From IMG/VR virus record IMGVR_UViG_3300044701_002789, positions 194,363 through 258,362 of that record: a stretch of 64,000 bases of DNA; one strand, given 5' to 3'. Positions 48,161 to 58,824 of this stretch are shown piece after piece (position 1 is the first letter of the stretch; every line of letters begins with the position of its first letter). A program made the position numbers and the translations under genes. The notes beneath the pieces were generated by a model. It did no database searches and was not told where the DNA came from. It worked only from the letters and a program-made list of their open reading frames with translations.

Positions 48161-48738
48161 TAGAATTCTCCAGAATCTGCAAAATTTCCGGCATCTAGAT
48201 CAATCTTATCATCCAAAATTTCATCAAGTTTACCAATGAAATCACTAGGAAGAGAATTATCTTCTACAGACTTACTTAAGATTGTATCTGGATCAACAAA
48301 AACATACTTTCTTCTTTCTGCATCATACATGAGAACATATCCATCTTGAATATTAGTAATATCAATGTTTCCAAGACCATCTAGATTATCACTAATTGCT
48401 GAACCTAGAGTTGCACTCTCATTTACAATAATATTTCCTTCAATGACTTTTTTAATTTTACCATTCCTATCAATAAGAAACATATCATAATAATTTCTAC
48501 CACTTGTAAGACCAGAAGTTTGGTCACTATCTAGTGATATTTTTATTCTTCCTTGTTCTCTATTAATAAAAGTAATTGTAAAAGATTTGTGTTTTGGTGA
48601 TGTTGGATATTTTCTTATTTTTGCAGAACAAGTGTAATCCGAAAGATTTAGTGGAGATCCATCATCTTCGGTAAGATTTAATTCTGTCTCAAAATCAGTT
48701 CCTTTATCTAAGATATAATTGACGGCGTATACTGCCAT
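48160..48738 (-). CDS. baseplate-associated Ig-like protein + acidic repeat domain
   Basis: KGTDF...P.NLS.Y....IRK ... G.I.I.L...QT..L..GR.YYD ... IEG.I.V. Confidence 0.75.
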   Translation of the reverse strand: MAVYAVNYILDKGTDFETELNLTEDDGSPLNLSDYTCSAKIRKYPTSPKHKSFTITFINREQGRIKISLDSDQTSGLTSGRNYYDMFLIDRNGKIKKVIEGNIIVNESATLGSAISDNLDGLGNIDITNIQDGYVLMYDAERRKYVFVDPDTILSKSVEDNSLPSDFIGKLDEILDDKIDLDAGNFADSGEF

Positions 48739-48760
48739 TTGAGTATTTGTGTCTTTTAAT

Positions 48761-48768
48761 TATTTATA
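48761..48768 (-). promoter_or_regulatory. T4-type late promoter
   Basis: TATAAATA upstream of 48738. Confidence 0.75.
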
Positions 48769-48774
48769 GTTTTT

Positions 48775-49668
48775 TTATAGATCTCCGGTATTTGTGGATG
48801 GGTATTCTCTTTGCAATCCCCATATGATTCTTACTGCACCATCCGCACCATCTGCACTATCATGACCTGCAGTAATATCTCCACCACCTCCTCCGCCACC
48901 ATAAAGACCACCATTACCAGCACGAGAATTGATATTGCCGGGATCTCCATTATTACCACCACTTCCAGATCCTCCACCAGCAGCATCATTAATTCCAGCA
49001 GAACCAGTAGAACCAAATTGTATTATTCCTACTCCACCACCTCCACCACCTGATTGACCTCCTCCGGCACCACCTCCACCTGAACCCGAATTAGTTGTTC
49101 CAGGATTTCCACTATTTGTTCCTCCAGCACCTCCATTCCCAAAATATCCACCAGCGCCTCCTCCACCACCAGCATTTCCGTTTAATAATTGTCCATCTCC
49201 ACCTTTCCCACCATTTCCGCCACCAATATTTCCTCCAATTGTAGATCCTCCGCCACCAAGACCCCCAGCATCATCTACTCCAGATTTTCCACCATCTGCA
49301 AATAGTAATTTAATCACACCTCTAGATAATGATGATTCTCCACCATCTGTTCCATTTATTGTATTTATTGTATTATCAGCAAGTCCACCAGTTCCTCCAT
49401 AACCAACTACAACGGTTAATGTTTCTCCTGGAACTACATCTAAATCTTTAATCCATCGCAATCCTCCTCCACCACCACCCGAACCATCATTTACATCAGA
49501 ACCTCCACCAGCACTGGATCCAGTATCTCCACCTCCACCACCACCAACACAAACTGCAGATATTCTAAAAACATTTTGAGGTACTGTAAAACTATAAGTT
49601 CCCTTTTCTGTAAATGCGGATTGTCCTATAGACACATTTGATGCAAAAAAAGATTGTATGATTGTCAT
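48775..49668 (-). CDS. glycine-rich domain protein (putative fibre-tip adhesin)
   Basis: GTYSFTVP..V..I..V.VGGGGGG, PGE.LTV.VG.GG, GAVRII; polyglycine tracts. Confidence 0.8.
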   Translation of the reverse strand: MTIIQSFFASNVSIGQSAFTEKGTYSFTVPQNVFRISAVCVGGGGGGDTGSSAGGGSDVNDGSGGGGGGLRWIKDLDVVPGETLTVVVGYGGTGGLADNTINTINGTDGGESSLSRGVIKLLFADGGKSGVDDAGGLGGGGSTIGGNIGGGNGGKGGDGQLLNGNAGGGGGAGGYFGNGGAGGTNSGNPGTTNSGSGGGGAGGGQSGGGGGGVGIIQFGSTGSAGINDAAGGGSGSGGNNGDPGNINSRAGNGGLYGGGGGGGDITAGHDSADGADGAVRIIWGLQREYPSTNTGDL

Positions 49669-49670
49669 AA

Positions 49671-51362
49671 TTATACTATAACTCCAGCGATAACGAATGT
49701 GGAAATACCTGCATTAGAACTTACGCAAAGAATGTTTGCAATTCCATAAGCTAAAATTGTTCTATTTCCGGTCAATGTAGTTCCAGAAAAACGAAGAGTC
49801 ACATTACTTCCTTGAGTAATTGTCTGTCCTGTAGCAGAGTCATTGTAAATTGTAATTGCATCGCCAGGATTAAATATCCCAGCAGGAACTGTAACTCCAC
49901 CACTAGTAATTGAAATATGTTTTCCTGCATCAGATATCTGTAAAGTATATGATGTTGTTTGTGAGTTTTGTGGAATATCTCTAAGATTTCCTGAAGTATC
50001 TGAAACTATTCCAGAGAAGTTTCCGTTGTTTACATTAATAAGATTTCTAGAAGAATCAATTACCTGATTAGAACCCACATAAAAACTGTTCGCAGTTACA
50101 ATACCACTAAAGTTTGCTCCAACGACATTAATAAGATTTCTGGTATTATTAATTACTTGATTTGCATCAACATAAAAACTGTTTGCAGTTACAATGCCAC
50201 TAAAGTTACCACCAACGACATTAATAAGATTTCTAGAAGAATCAATTACCTGATTAGAACCCACATAAAAACTGTTTGCAGTTACAACACCACTAGAATT
50301 TAGTGAGGTTACTGATATATTTCCTACAGAAAATCCTCCATTACTTCTTGCAACTATAGTATTTCCAGTAGTATCTGAACTTTCTGCATTTAATCCCAAC
50401 GTAACCGATGATGATCCATTATAAGATGAACCAGTAAAATATGTTCCGAAAGTTAATGTATTTAAATCACTGCCTAATCCAACTCCAGAAATAGTAGAAT
50501 TCTCAAGTTGTCCATTTGTAATTGCTGCACCAACCGCAATATCACTACTTGTAATTGAATTTGTGAGATTTAACTTACTATATGATATTGCCGCATTTGT
50601 AGAAACATCTGAATTAGTAATTCCGGAACCATCTACAGAATCAAATGATAATTTACCATAAGTAATGCCTGCACCAACTTCAATATCTTCTGATTTGATT
50701 GTACCATTGGCAATCATTCCAGTTGTAATTACACCCACTGACTGCGGTGTAATTAATGTAGCGATTCCAGAAACTGAAGGTAAAACAAGAACTCCAGATG
50801 CAGTAGGTGAAACAGTTAATGTTACTATTCCGCTTGAAGAACCTTCAAACAAAAGTCCCGATCCTATGCCACTTATAATTGGAGATGTTAGTTGTTTATT
50901 TGTTAATGTCTGATTGTCGGTGGTTCCTACTATATCACCAGATGGTGCCGATTTACCTTCAAGAAAAGAAACATTTAAATTTCCTACTTGCGCAGTAGAA
51001 TTTACTGAAAATGGTGGAAGTGAAGACTCTTCAGAAATAAATCTTGCGGATTTTACAGTTCCAGATACTTCTAATTTTTCTGAAGGAATAGAGGTTCCAA
51101 TACCAACATTTCCAGTTGGACGGTAAATATCACTTCCGGATTCTTGCCAACGATCTAAAGTTGGATTAACTAATGGTGTTCCATTTAAAGTAAATGATTC
51201 TGCGTTTATATTCCCTAAAACATCTAATTTATATTGGGGATTCGTAGTACCAATTCCAACATAAGGAAGTTCTCCTGATGTAATCGCAATTTCCTGCGAA
51301 GAATTCTCCACATAGATGAAGGAACCAAATTGCGAAAGTTCTCGGTTTCTTATGATAGACAT
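49671..51362 (-). CDS. tail fibre protein
   Basis: VGIGT modules, ISYSKL repeats, C-terminal YTL..SDAGK domain. Confidence 0.8.
   Translation of the reverse strand: MSIIRNRELSQFGSFIYVENSSQEIAITSGELPYVGIGTTNPQYKLDVLGNINAESFTLNGTPLVNPTLDRWQESGSDIYRPTGNVGIGTSIPSEKLEVSGTVKSARFISEESSLPPFSVNSTAQVGNLNVSFLEGKSAPSGDIVGTTDNQTLTNKQLTSPIISGIGSGLLFEGSSSGIVTLTVSPTASGVLVLPSVSGIATLITPQSVGVITTGMIANGTIKSEDIEVGAGITYGKLSFDSVDGSGITNSDVSTNAAISYSKLNLTNSITSSDIAVGAAITNGQLENSTISGVGLGSDLNTLTFGTYFTGSSYNGSSSVTLGLNAESSDTTGNTIVARSNGGFSVGNISVTSLNSSGVVTANSFYVGSNQVIDSSRNLINVVGGNFSGIVTANSFYVDANQVINNTRNLINVVGANFSGIVTANSFYVGSNQVIDSSRNLINVNNGNFSGIVSDTSGNLRDIPQNSQTTSYTLQISDAGKHISITSGGVTVPAGIFNPGDAITIYNDSATGQTITQGSNVTLRFSGTTLTGNRTILAYGIANILCVSSNAGISTFVIAGVIV
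50009..50294 (-). repeat. three tandem 93-bp coding repeats
   Basis: SG(V/I)VTANSFYV..NQVI...RNLINV...NF x3. Confidence 0.85.
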
Positions 51363-51386
51363 TTAAAATCTTCCTTATGAATATAT

Positions 51387-52010
51387 TTAGAATAATGTAA
51401 ATGATGTACTACCTATTCCAGACACGGAAATGGTAATTACATTATTGGAATAAGAAATATTAATTGGTGCCGAACTTTCTACATTAAAATATCCACCAAA
51501 ATAATTTTCATCAGAATTTATAGATATAATTTCTACAGTTTCTCCACCAAAACATGAATCATTTAAAATGATACTTTCGCCATCTGATGCGTCATATTCA
51601 TTGGATGAAAGTTTAACACCATTTATGAAAACATCCATTAAATTTGGAGTATATGGTGTTAAAAATGTAGTTTGTAATTCTGATGCAGTAAATGTAACTG
51701 AGGTTCTTTCCGTCACATTACTTTTCCAAGTAACACCTGTACCAGTTGAAACCAAATATTGACCAGCAGATCCTAATGAACTTCCTGCACTTAACCTCCC
51801 ATCAATTCTTATGTTATTGACTGTAGAGACGCCAGCAACAATTGAATTTCTGGTTATGTTTAAATCAGTAGCACCAATTCCCCCATTTACATCTAATCTA
51901 TAAAGTGGATTGGTTGTTCCTACACCAACTCTATTATCAAAATCTCTTGCGAAGATTAAATTTTCATTGACTTCAAGACCGTTTTTTACAACAAAATTTT
52001 TATTTGCCAT
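51387..52010 (-). CDS. tail/baseplate structural protein
   Basis: NFVVKNGL, VGVGT, QTTF..., DVFINGVKL...EY. Confidence 0.8.
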   Translation of the reverse strand: MANKNFVVKNGLEVNENLIFARDFDNRVGVGTTNPLYRLDVNGGIGATDLNITRNSIVAGVSTVNNIRIDGRLSAGSSLGSAGQYLVSTGTGVTWKSNVTERTSVTFTASELQTTFLTPYTPNLMDVFINGVKLSSNEYDASDGESIILNDSCFGGETVEIISINSDENYFGGYFNVESSAPINISYSNNVITISVSGIGSTSFTLF

Positions 52011-52039
52011 TCGGTTTCACTCTCCACCGATTTTTATAC

Positions 52040-52057
52040 TATTTATAAATCTAAATA
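52040..52057. promoter_or_regulatory. back-to-back late promoters
   Basis: TATAAATA on the minus strand (52040-52047) and CTAAATA on the plus strand (52051-52057), between divergent genes. Confidence 0.6.
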
Positions 52058-52082
52058 GTAAAAAGAAATATTGAAGATAAAA

Positions 52083-52724
52083 ATGACAACACAAGTATTA
52101 ACTGGATATTTTGCCAGAACTGGAGATTTAAATCTTTATACTAATAATACTGGACAAAATGTGAGAGTAATATTTAATTATCTGTCCATTGAAGGTACTG
52201 GAACAAATGAGATGCGTATTGTTACTCCAGCACAAACAAACCAAACACCAGCGTTTGATGAACTTGGTAGGGCGATAACTCAACAAACATCCGTACCATC
52301 CACTTATGTGCAATTACCAAATCTTCCCGATGTTGATAATGATTGGATTGAAGGCATTATTGGAAATAAATTAACTTCTTCTGGAATAAATTATGATTGG
52401 TATTGGAGAAGATGGTGGGGATTTAGTAGATATAGACAAGGTGGTGGAGATAATGCTTATGGTTATATATTTTTAACCTCAAGAGAAGATGTTGTTGGAA
52501 CTAAGTATAAATTTTTTGGATTTGATTATAATTGGTGGAGAAAATATAGAAGATCTATGGAGATTCCTTTTCCAGTAGAAGTATTTTTAACTCCAAACCA
52601 ATCTATTGTTTTTGTTTCCAGAAAGCAATTAGCCATAGATGAAAGAAATAGAGCTACAATTCCTGTGGCACCACAACAAATCACATATAATGTATTAGTG
52701 ATGCCAGAAGGAGGTTGTGCTTAA
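52083..52724 (+). CDS. hypothetical protein (only convincing plus-strand gene)
   Basis: ATG at 52083; YTNNTGQNVRV; W/R-rich segments; fills the gap exactly. Confidence 0.8.
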   Translation: MTTQVLTGYFARTGDLNLYTNNTGQNVRVIFNYLSIEGTGTNEMRIVTPAQTNQTPAFDELGRAITQQTSVPSTYVQLPNLPDVDNDWIEGIIGNKLTSSGINYDWYWRRWWGFSRYRQGGGDNAYGYIFLTSREDVVGTKYKFFGFDYNWWRKYRRSMEIPFPVEVFLTPNQSIVFVSRKQLAIDERNRATIPVAPQQITYNVLVMPEGGCA

Positions 52725-55700
52725 ATAGGAAGTGCAAATCCTCGGGTATTGAATGGGGAGAAGTTTGAAGTGACTGTAACCTTATAATCAATTTTATCAG
52801 TAATGTCATTATATTCAATAGTCATTCCACAAACTACTCCCAGTTTGTTTATAATTGCTCTAGCAACTCTATCTTCCCTAAAGTATAGATTTGTATTACC
52901 TTCAGGAAGATCATCGGTTGTAGAGAGACTTAAGAAAGACTTAATTGAAGTCCAACCAAGAACACCAGGAGATACTGAATAAAGTATACTATTTGCAGCA
53001 CCAACTACATTTGGAAGTGTCCAAATTAGATTTGTATTTAATGATGGTACTTGGAATCCTGCATAATTTGATCTGGATGAATTATAAATTCTTATTTGTC
53101 CAGTAACTGCAGTATTTCCAATTACATCTAATGCAATTCCGGAAAGAACAGTCAAAGTATTAATTCCAACATTACCATTTACATCAATTATAAATGGTGT
53201 AGTGTCCCCAACTGTATTATCAATTCTTACTATATTTTCAATCGGGGCGCCAGCAGAAGAACGAATGCGAAGACCTGGCTGATCAACAACTTGCACATCA
53301 AGTTTTGCTTGCGGAACTGCAATACCAACACCGATTGATCCATTATTAGTAATTACAAATGGCGACGCATCGTTTGCCTCGTCTTCAATTAAGACAGCAT
53401 TTCCGGTTCCAGTTTGTGTTACTCTTATTGCAGAAGATTCTGTTGTCACTGCCACATTAACAGTGGAAACAAGATTAACTATATTATCAACAGTATCATA
53501 AGATGAACCAGTTACTCCAGCGAACAGTAATCCATCTTTATTATATTGAAGTTCTCCGATAGCACCGCCCACTGGTGGAATATCTGGAAGTTCATCCAAT
53601 GATAACCCATCCATTGTAATAGTTGCAATTCCCGTAGTTGGATCAAACGCAGATGTGATTGTTATTCCAACACCAACAAAGTTTAACTGAGTTGCCATAC
53701 CAACATAGTTGTTGGTAACATTTCTAGAAACCCCGATTCTATTTGCGCCAGTGATAGTAAGAGTCGTGATTCCTACTTCATCATTATTTTCTCCAGTAAT
53801 ATTAATATCACCTAAAGTCTTGAAGTCTATTAATGTGCAGATTCCAACAAAATTATTATTTGTTGAAATGCCAATTCTATTAGATGGACTTCTTTGCTGT
53901 TCACCAATAATTCCAAACTTTTCCCAAATATTATTGGTAGTGTAAACCCAACCATAATGTTTTCCACTTTCAGGGAATGCATTAATTACAACATCTCCTG
54001 GGTTTCCAGATTCTATGGGAGTAGAAATTCCAACAGTGGTTTTTCTGGAAACAGTGGCGTCACCTTGCAGATAAAGTGAAGATGCTTCTATACCCTTAGG
54101 AGAAGTTGATGTAATCTTGTTATTGAAAATTACTGGGCCATCAAATTGTGAAACTAATTTTCCATTTTCTCCACCTTCAACACGAATGGATCTATTGACA
54201 TTTATTTCCAGAGGAGTAATAACATCAAATCCAATATTTACAATACTAGAATTTAAATCTTCTCCAGTTACTGTGGGAATAGGTGCATCAAATATTTCTT
54301 CTTGTCCGGTAGTTGAATTTATTTTCTTATTACCAGTGTAGAAATCTCCATCACTATTCATACCAGTAAAGATACTTACCCCACCATCAATTTTTGTTGA
54401 CTGTGAAAGTAATTCTTCTTGACCCGAAATTACACGATCTTGTCTTTCTGGTAATGCTGTGGAATAATTACCGGGACCAAATCCCATATATTCAAAGGTA
54501 TGTCCAGATGCACGAATAATAGAATTTCTTCTAAATTCAATCGGAAGAACTTTTATCTTCTTAACAACTGAATTATCTAAGTGTACTTGTTTTTGAGTTC
54601 CGAGAACTGCACGGAAACATCTTACACTATTACTTACAACAGATTCTTTGATTCTGAAAATTTCATTATCAATTTGTAAGTAATCACCAATTTTTAGTCC
54701 AAGTTGAACAGCATTTTCTATTTGCAGAGGATCATCATCTGTTGCAGTTATATCAATTAATGCAGTTGAAATAGTAGTTACACCATCATAATATGTAATC
54801 AAACGAGAAGAAGTTATTTCATTGTCTCTCGCAATGCTACCACCATAGGATGATGCACCAAAAGGATAAACCGTAATATCTCCACCTGTTACAATTGTAT
54901 TATCTTTAATTCCTAGATCAATAGTAATTGAAGTAGTTGCAGTTCCTCCTGGGCCAAATGTAGATTTAATAATAAAATCGCGGTTGAATGAACTATTTTC
55001 GGCACCAGCAATACGAATCTTATCATTGACCTTAAGACCATGGGCAGAATTAAAGACAATAGTAGAAATGCCAGTGTTGGAATTATAAAAAGAAGTTGTA
55101 ATTCCTAGAGTCTTTCCAACCAAAATTACATTTGATTTTTCTGTAGCAAAACTTCCAAGACCAACAGTGGATGGGTTTTCTACTATAGTTGAAGATTCAA
55201 TTTCAATTTGTTTGGAATTTCCGGTTGTAATTCCTACAATTTTATAAAGAGTATCATAATCTTTAGATATTCCGGAAATACTTAAACAGTCTCCAATATT
55301 TTGTTGAATATTTTCTACACGAACAACCGCATCAAAAGAACCAAAGTTTCTTGGTACATCTTTAATTGCAAGAGTATTTCCGATACCATAAGCACTACCA
55401 CCATCCATTATAACAACATTACTAATGGTTCCTGCAGCACTTACTGTTACTCTTGCAGTTGCACTATTACCTCCTACTGATTCACTTATCAGAGGAACAT
55501 TATAATATATTCCAGTGACATAAGTTGATCCTCCACCAACAATACTTAAGTTGGTGATTGATAATAATCCATGATCTTCATTTGTAAATATTGTGTGCGC
55601 CGTTCCGGTTGGATTGGATACAATATCAGTAACACCAAATCCAACATTTAAATCAACAAGTAAATCATTTAAAGTTTCTTTGGTGATTGACTTTTGTGGT

Positions 55701-58700
55701 TCATTAATAGTAACTCCTCCAATTAAATCGGATGAAGCATGACATCTTGATGGTTCTGGGTCGGATACCGGATTATCGCGATTTAATTGAGGATAAAGAT
55801 TTTGAATTGGTTGCGAGAATTTTAAATTATTAAATGGTGTTACTGTAGGTGAATTTGAACAGTTGGTAACAATTAAGTGATATATTCCATCTTGAACATT
55901 TGCAATATATTCTTGAATTTCTTGACTTCTATAAAGTTGATATGTTCCTTGAAGTTTCTTTCTTGAAAACCTAGGAAGATTTGAATCTCTAATTGAAGTA
56001 TTGTTAGTAAACTCACCGGGATTGACTGAAAGATCAAAAGTAAAATGTCTTCTTGATGGAATAGATTTTACAACAAAAGTTCCGTTAAATCCAAAATTGT
56101 TTATGCCAGAAGTGTTTTGAGTACTTACTACGTTTACAATTTCAACTTCATTTCCTACTTTTAGTCTATGTGGAAGTTCTGTTGTAACTGTTGCAATTCC
56201 AGAAGAACTCCATGTGCAAGTTGCAATAAATCTAGGACTTCTGAGTTCGTTTGAATTTGTTAAAACTGCAGAATTTGTTGGATCAAAGTATTTGGAAATT
56301 TCTTCGGTTCCTGTTCCAATTCCAGAACTTGATTCTTGAAGAATAAATGAATCTAATGGAGGTCTTCCCGAAAATGAACTAGATCTTGGAATAATATAAC
56401 GTAGTTTATAAATTTTATCAGATAGACTTCTATTATCAGAAATTCTTCTCACATAAGTTCTTGGAGTCGCTGCCCCCAATCCTGCTGTTCCGACACCAAC
56501 AATTTTCGGATAAATTGTGTTTTCAAATTCTCCAACAGAAACATTGATGTACCATTGATTATTGTCACTATCCCATTGAACCGGATGACCAATATCGCCA
56601 GAATTTTTATCAGATACTCTACTTACAATAGTTAATACACCACCTTTTTTGTTTGGTGAAATAGATTCTCCTCTAAAGGCATCGCTTAAAGTTTGTGCAA
56701 CCTTAATTTGTGTACTTCCTATTCCAACACCAGGAAGTTGATCTGTAATTGCATAATAAATTTTGTTTGGAGAAATGCCATCTGGTAATGATGCATTATC
56801 ACTTATGATTCTAATGGATTCTCCTTGCAAGAATGAATGGGGTTCTATAAATGTAAAAACACCATCTGCTATATTGTTCTCAATATCTTGATTGTTAATT
56901 CTTTGAACTTCAAAAGATTTTTCAAATATAGATTCTTCTGCAATATTATCTACAGAAGGCATTACAATAAGAGAAAAATAAGAAGAAGTAATTCCAGACT
57001 CAAGAATATTTAAGTTTAAATAATCATCTTTCTTTGCACCAATTCTATAACCATCTATGACTGTTTCTGGAATTACATTAATATCATCATAATCATAAAG
57101 ATACAAACGACCAGTTGATGCAACACCAATAGTTTTTTCTACATCTATGGATAAGAATTCAATAGAGGATTCTTTTGTCTCTATTTCTTGAGGAGATACG
57201 ATATGTGTAATATATCCAGTATCATCTCTAGTGAATGAATTTCTCTTATATCCTTTTGCAACTAATGATTTGGATCCAAAGTTGGAATTAGAGTTGTTAA
57301 TTGAAATATCGCCACCATTTTCTGCAACAAAATGATTTGCATATCCAATTGCGAATACCGATACTACTTGAATGTATGCATCATTTGTCGCCTTAATGTG
57401 GAAACTTTCATATTCTGGTCTATATTTTGAAAGTGAATCTGAGAATAGATTGGTTAAATTTGAATTGAAGGAATACTTATATGTTCCTGTTGCCTTATCA
57501 TATCTCGTAAATGCCCTGTCGTCTTTCTGTAAACCAATTCCAGTGAATTGTGCAACGACCATACTCTTAAATCCATCTGCCTTATCACCATCAGCCAAAA
57601 GTCCAGACATTCCATATACCGTTCTCATTGAAACATTAAAAATATATGGAGATGCTGATGATACAGTATCTACAGTTAATCTAACAAATGCATTTGCAGT
57701 TCCACCAATTGCGTTTGGTGGTGGATCTTGAACAACATATTCAAATTCTTGTAGATCATTTACCTTACTTACCACATACTGACCATCGTATCCGGGATTT
57801 GATACACCTTGTATCTGAACCGCAGTATCAACATTAAGTCCAGGTAAAGGAGTTGCTAGAGATACTGTGATGGTTTTATTTGCAGTAATACCATCACCGG
57901 CACGAATACTTGTAATTCCAATCTCACCTCCGCGAGGACCAACAATTCTAAATTCATCAATTGCTGGTTCAATGTCCACATCATCTGGATAGTCGGAAGG
58001 AATATCTCTACCTGAAGTTGGTCCGTATGCAAGTCCAATTTTTTGATAATATAATTCTAAGTCTGTTCTATCTGTAGAGTAATCCGAAATATAATCATCA
58101 TCAATCTTTACACTATTCACACCATCCGCATATTCAATTGCGGTTAATTTGTGATGTGAAAATGCAGGAACAAATGTATTTCTAGTATAATCAGAATAGC
58201 AAAGACCATTTGGATCTGCATCCAAAATAGTAAATTGCCATAGATAACAAGCACCAGTCAAACGAAAAACACAAGAAGGTGCAATATCATTCTCTACGGG
58301 ATTTGGAACATATTTTGGTCTAATTCTTGTTTTACGAAGATCCATTCCTACAATGGATGTTCCACGAGGAATTATAACACCACCATAAACAGAGTTTAAT
58401 TTATATAAAACATTGTTCTCGGAAGATACATCAAAGTTTGTATTTAGATCCCACTGATTAAAGTCTGAAGATACTTCACTACTTCTGAGTCTAAATTTAA
58501 GAGTTCCCGCATCCTCAAATGGAATCCATCCTGGACGGTTATCTACAATATGATCGCCTGGATAAAGAACAATTGTAGTCTTTCCAAATCTATCGTTTTT
58601 ATTTCCTCTTTGATATGAAAATCTGGCAGATTCTGCTAAGGCTCTTTGTAAGGTTCTAAATGGTCTTACGGGAGAAGTGCCAGTATTTTCTATAGAATCC

Positions 58701-58783
58701 GTTGCATCTAAACTGTTTGGATCAACATATAAAATTGTTCCTCGGGCACTACGAAGAAAATTATCTAGGCGACTTAATCCCAT
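52721..58783 (-). CDS. very large virion structural/tail protein
   Basis: 2020 aa; LYVDP..DA.D, PF.TLQRA, G.DLRKT, interrupted beta-helix, HG/HRL..G modules. Confidence 0.85.
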   Translation of the reverse strand: MGLSRLDNFLRSARGTILYVDPNSLDATDSIENTGTSPVRPFRTLQRALAESARFSYQRGNKNDRFGKTTIVLYPGDHIVDNRPGWIPFEDAGTLKFRLRSSEVSSDFNQWDLNTNFDVSSENNVLYKLNSVYGGVIIPRGTSIVGMDLRKTRIRPKYVPNPVENDIAPSCVFRLTGACYLWQFTILDADPNGLCYSDYTRNTFVPAFSHHKLTAIEYADGVNSVKIDDDYISDYSTDRTDLELYYQKIGLAYGPTSGRDIPSDYPDDVDIEPAIDEFRIVGPRGGEIGITSIRAGDGITANKTITVSLATPLPGLNVDTAVQIQGVSNPGYDGQYVVSKVNDLQEFEYVVQDPPPNAIGGTANAFVRLTVDTVSSASPYIFNVSMRTVYGMSGLLADGDKADGFKSMVVAQFTGIGLQKDDRAFTRYDKATGTYKYSFNSNLTNLFSDSLSKYRPEYESFHIKATNDAYIQVVSVFAIGYANHFVAENGGDISINNSNSNFGSKSLVAKGYKRNSFTRDDTGYITHIVSPQEIETKESSIEFLSIDVEKTIGVASTGRLYLYDYDDINVIPETVIDGYRIGAKKDDYLNLNILESGITSSYFSLIVMPSVDNIAEESIFEKSFEVQRINNQDIENNIADGVFTFIEPHSFLQGESIRIISDNASLPDGISPNKIYYAITDQLPGVGIGSTQIKVAQTLSDAFRGESISPNKKGGVLTIVSRVSDKNSGDIGHPVQWDSDNNQWYINVSVGEFENTIYPKIVGVGTAGLGAATPRTYVRRISDNRSLSDKIYKLRYIIPRSSSFSGRPPLDSFILQESSSGIGTGTEEISKYFDPTNSAVLTNSNELRSPRFIATCTWSSSGIATVTTELPHRLKVGNEVEIVNVVSTQNTSGINNFGFNGTFVVKSIPSRRHFTFDLSVNPGEFTNNTSIRDSNLPRFSRKKLQGTYQLYRSQEIQEYIANVQDGIYHLIVTNCSNSPTVTPFNNLKFSQPIQNLYPQLNRDNPVSDPEPSRCHASSDLIGGVTINEPQKSITKETLNDLLVDLNVGFGVTDIVSNPTGTAHTIFTNEDHGLLSITNLSIVGGGSTYVTGIYYNVPLISESVGGNSATARVTVSAAGTISNVVIMDGGSAYGIGNTLAIKDVPRNFGSFDAVVRVENIQQNIGDCLSISGISKDYDTLYKIVGITTGNSKQIEIESSTIVENPSTVGLGSFATEKSNVILVGKTLGITTSFYNSNTGISTIVFNSAHGLKVNDKIRIAGAENSSFNRDFIIKSTFGPGGTATTSITIDLGIKDNTIVTGGDITVYPFGASSYGGSIARDNEITSSRLITYYDGVTTISTALIDITATDDDPLQIENAVQLGLKIGDYLQIDNEIFRIKESVVSNSVRCFRAVLGTQKQVHLDNSVVKKIKVLPIEFRRNSIIRASGHTFEYMGFGPGNYSTALPERQDRVISGQEELLSQSTKIDGGVSIFTGMNSDGDFYTGNKKINSTTGQEEIFDAPIPTVTGEDLNSSIVNIGFDVITPLEINVNRSIRVEGGENGKLVSQFDGPVIFNNKITSTSPKGIEASSLYLQGDATVSRKTTVGISTPIESGNPGDVVINAFPESGKHYGWVYTTNNIWEKFGIIGEQQRSPSNRIGISTNNNFVGICTLIDFKTLGDINITGENNDEVGITTLTITGANRIGVSRNVTNNYVGMATQLNFVGVGITITSAFDPTTGIATITMDGLSLDELPDIPPVGGAIGELQYNKDGLLFAGVTGSSYDTVDNIVNLVSTVNVAVTTESSAIRVTQTGTGNAVLIEDEANDASPFVITNNGSIGVGIAVPQAKLDVQVVDQPGLRIRSSAGAPIENIVRIDNTVGDTTPFIIDVNGNVGINTLTVLSGIALDVIGNTAVTGQIRIYNSSRSNYAGFQVPSLNTNLIWTLPNVVGAANSILYSVSPGVLGWTSIKSFLSLSTTDDLPEGNTNLYFREDRVARAIINKLGVVCGMTIEYNDITDKIDYKVTVTSNFSPFNTRGFALPI

Positions 58784-58824
58784 TTTATTAATGTTTATAG
58801 TTCCGTTATAAGTTATTTATTCAT

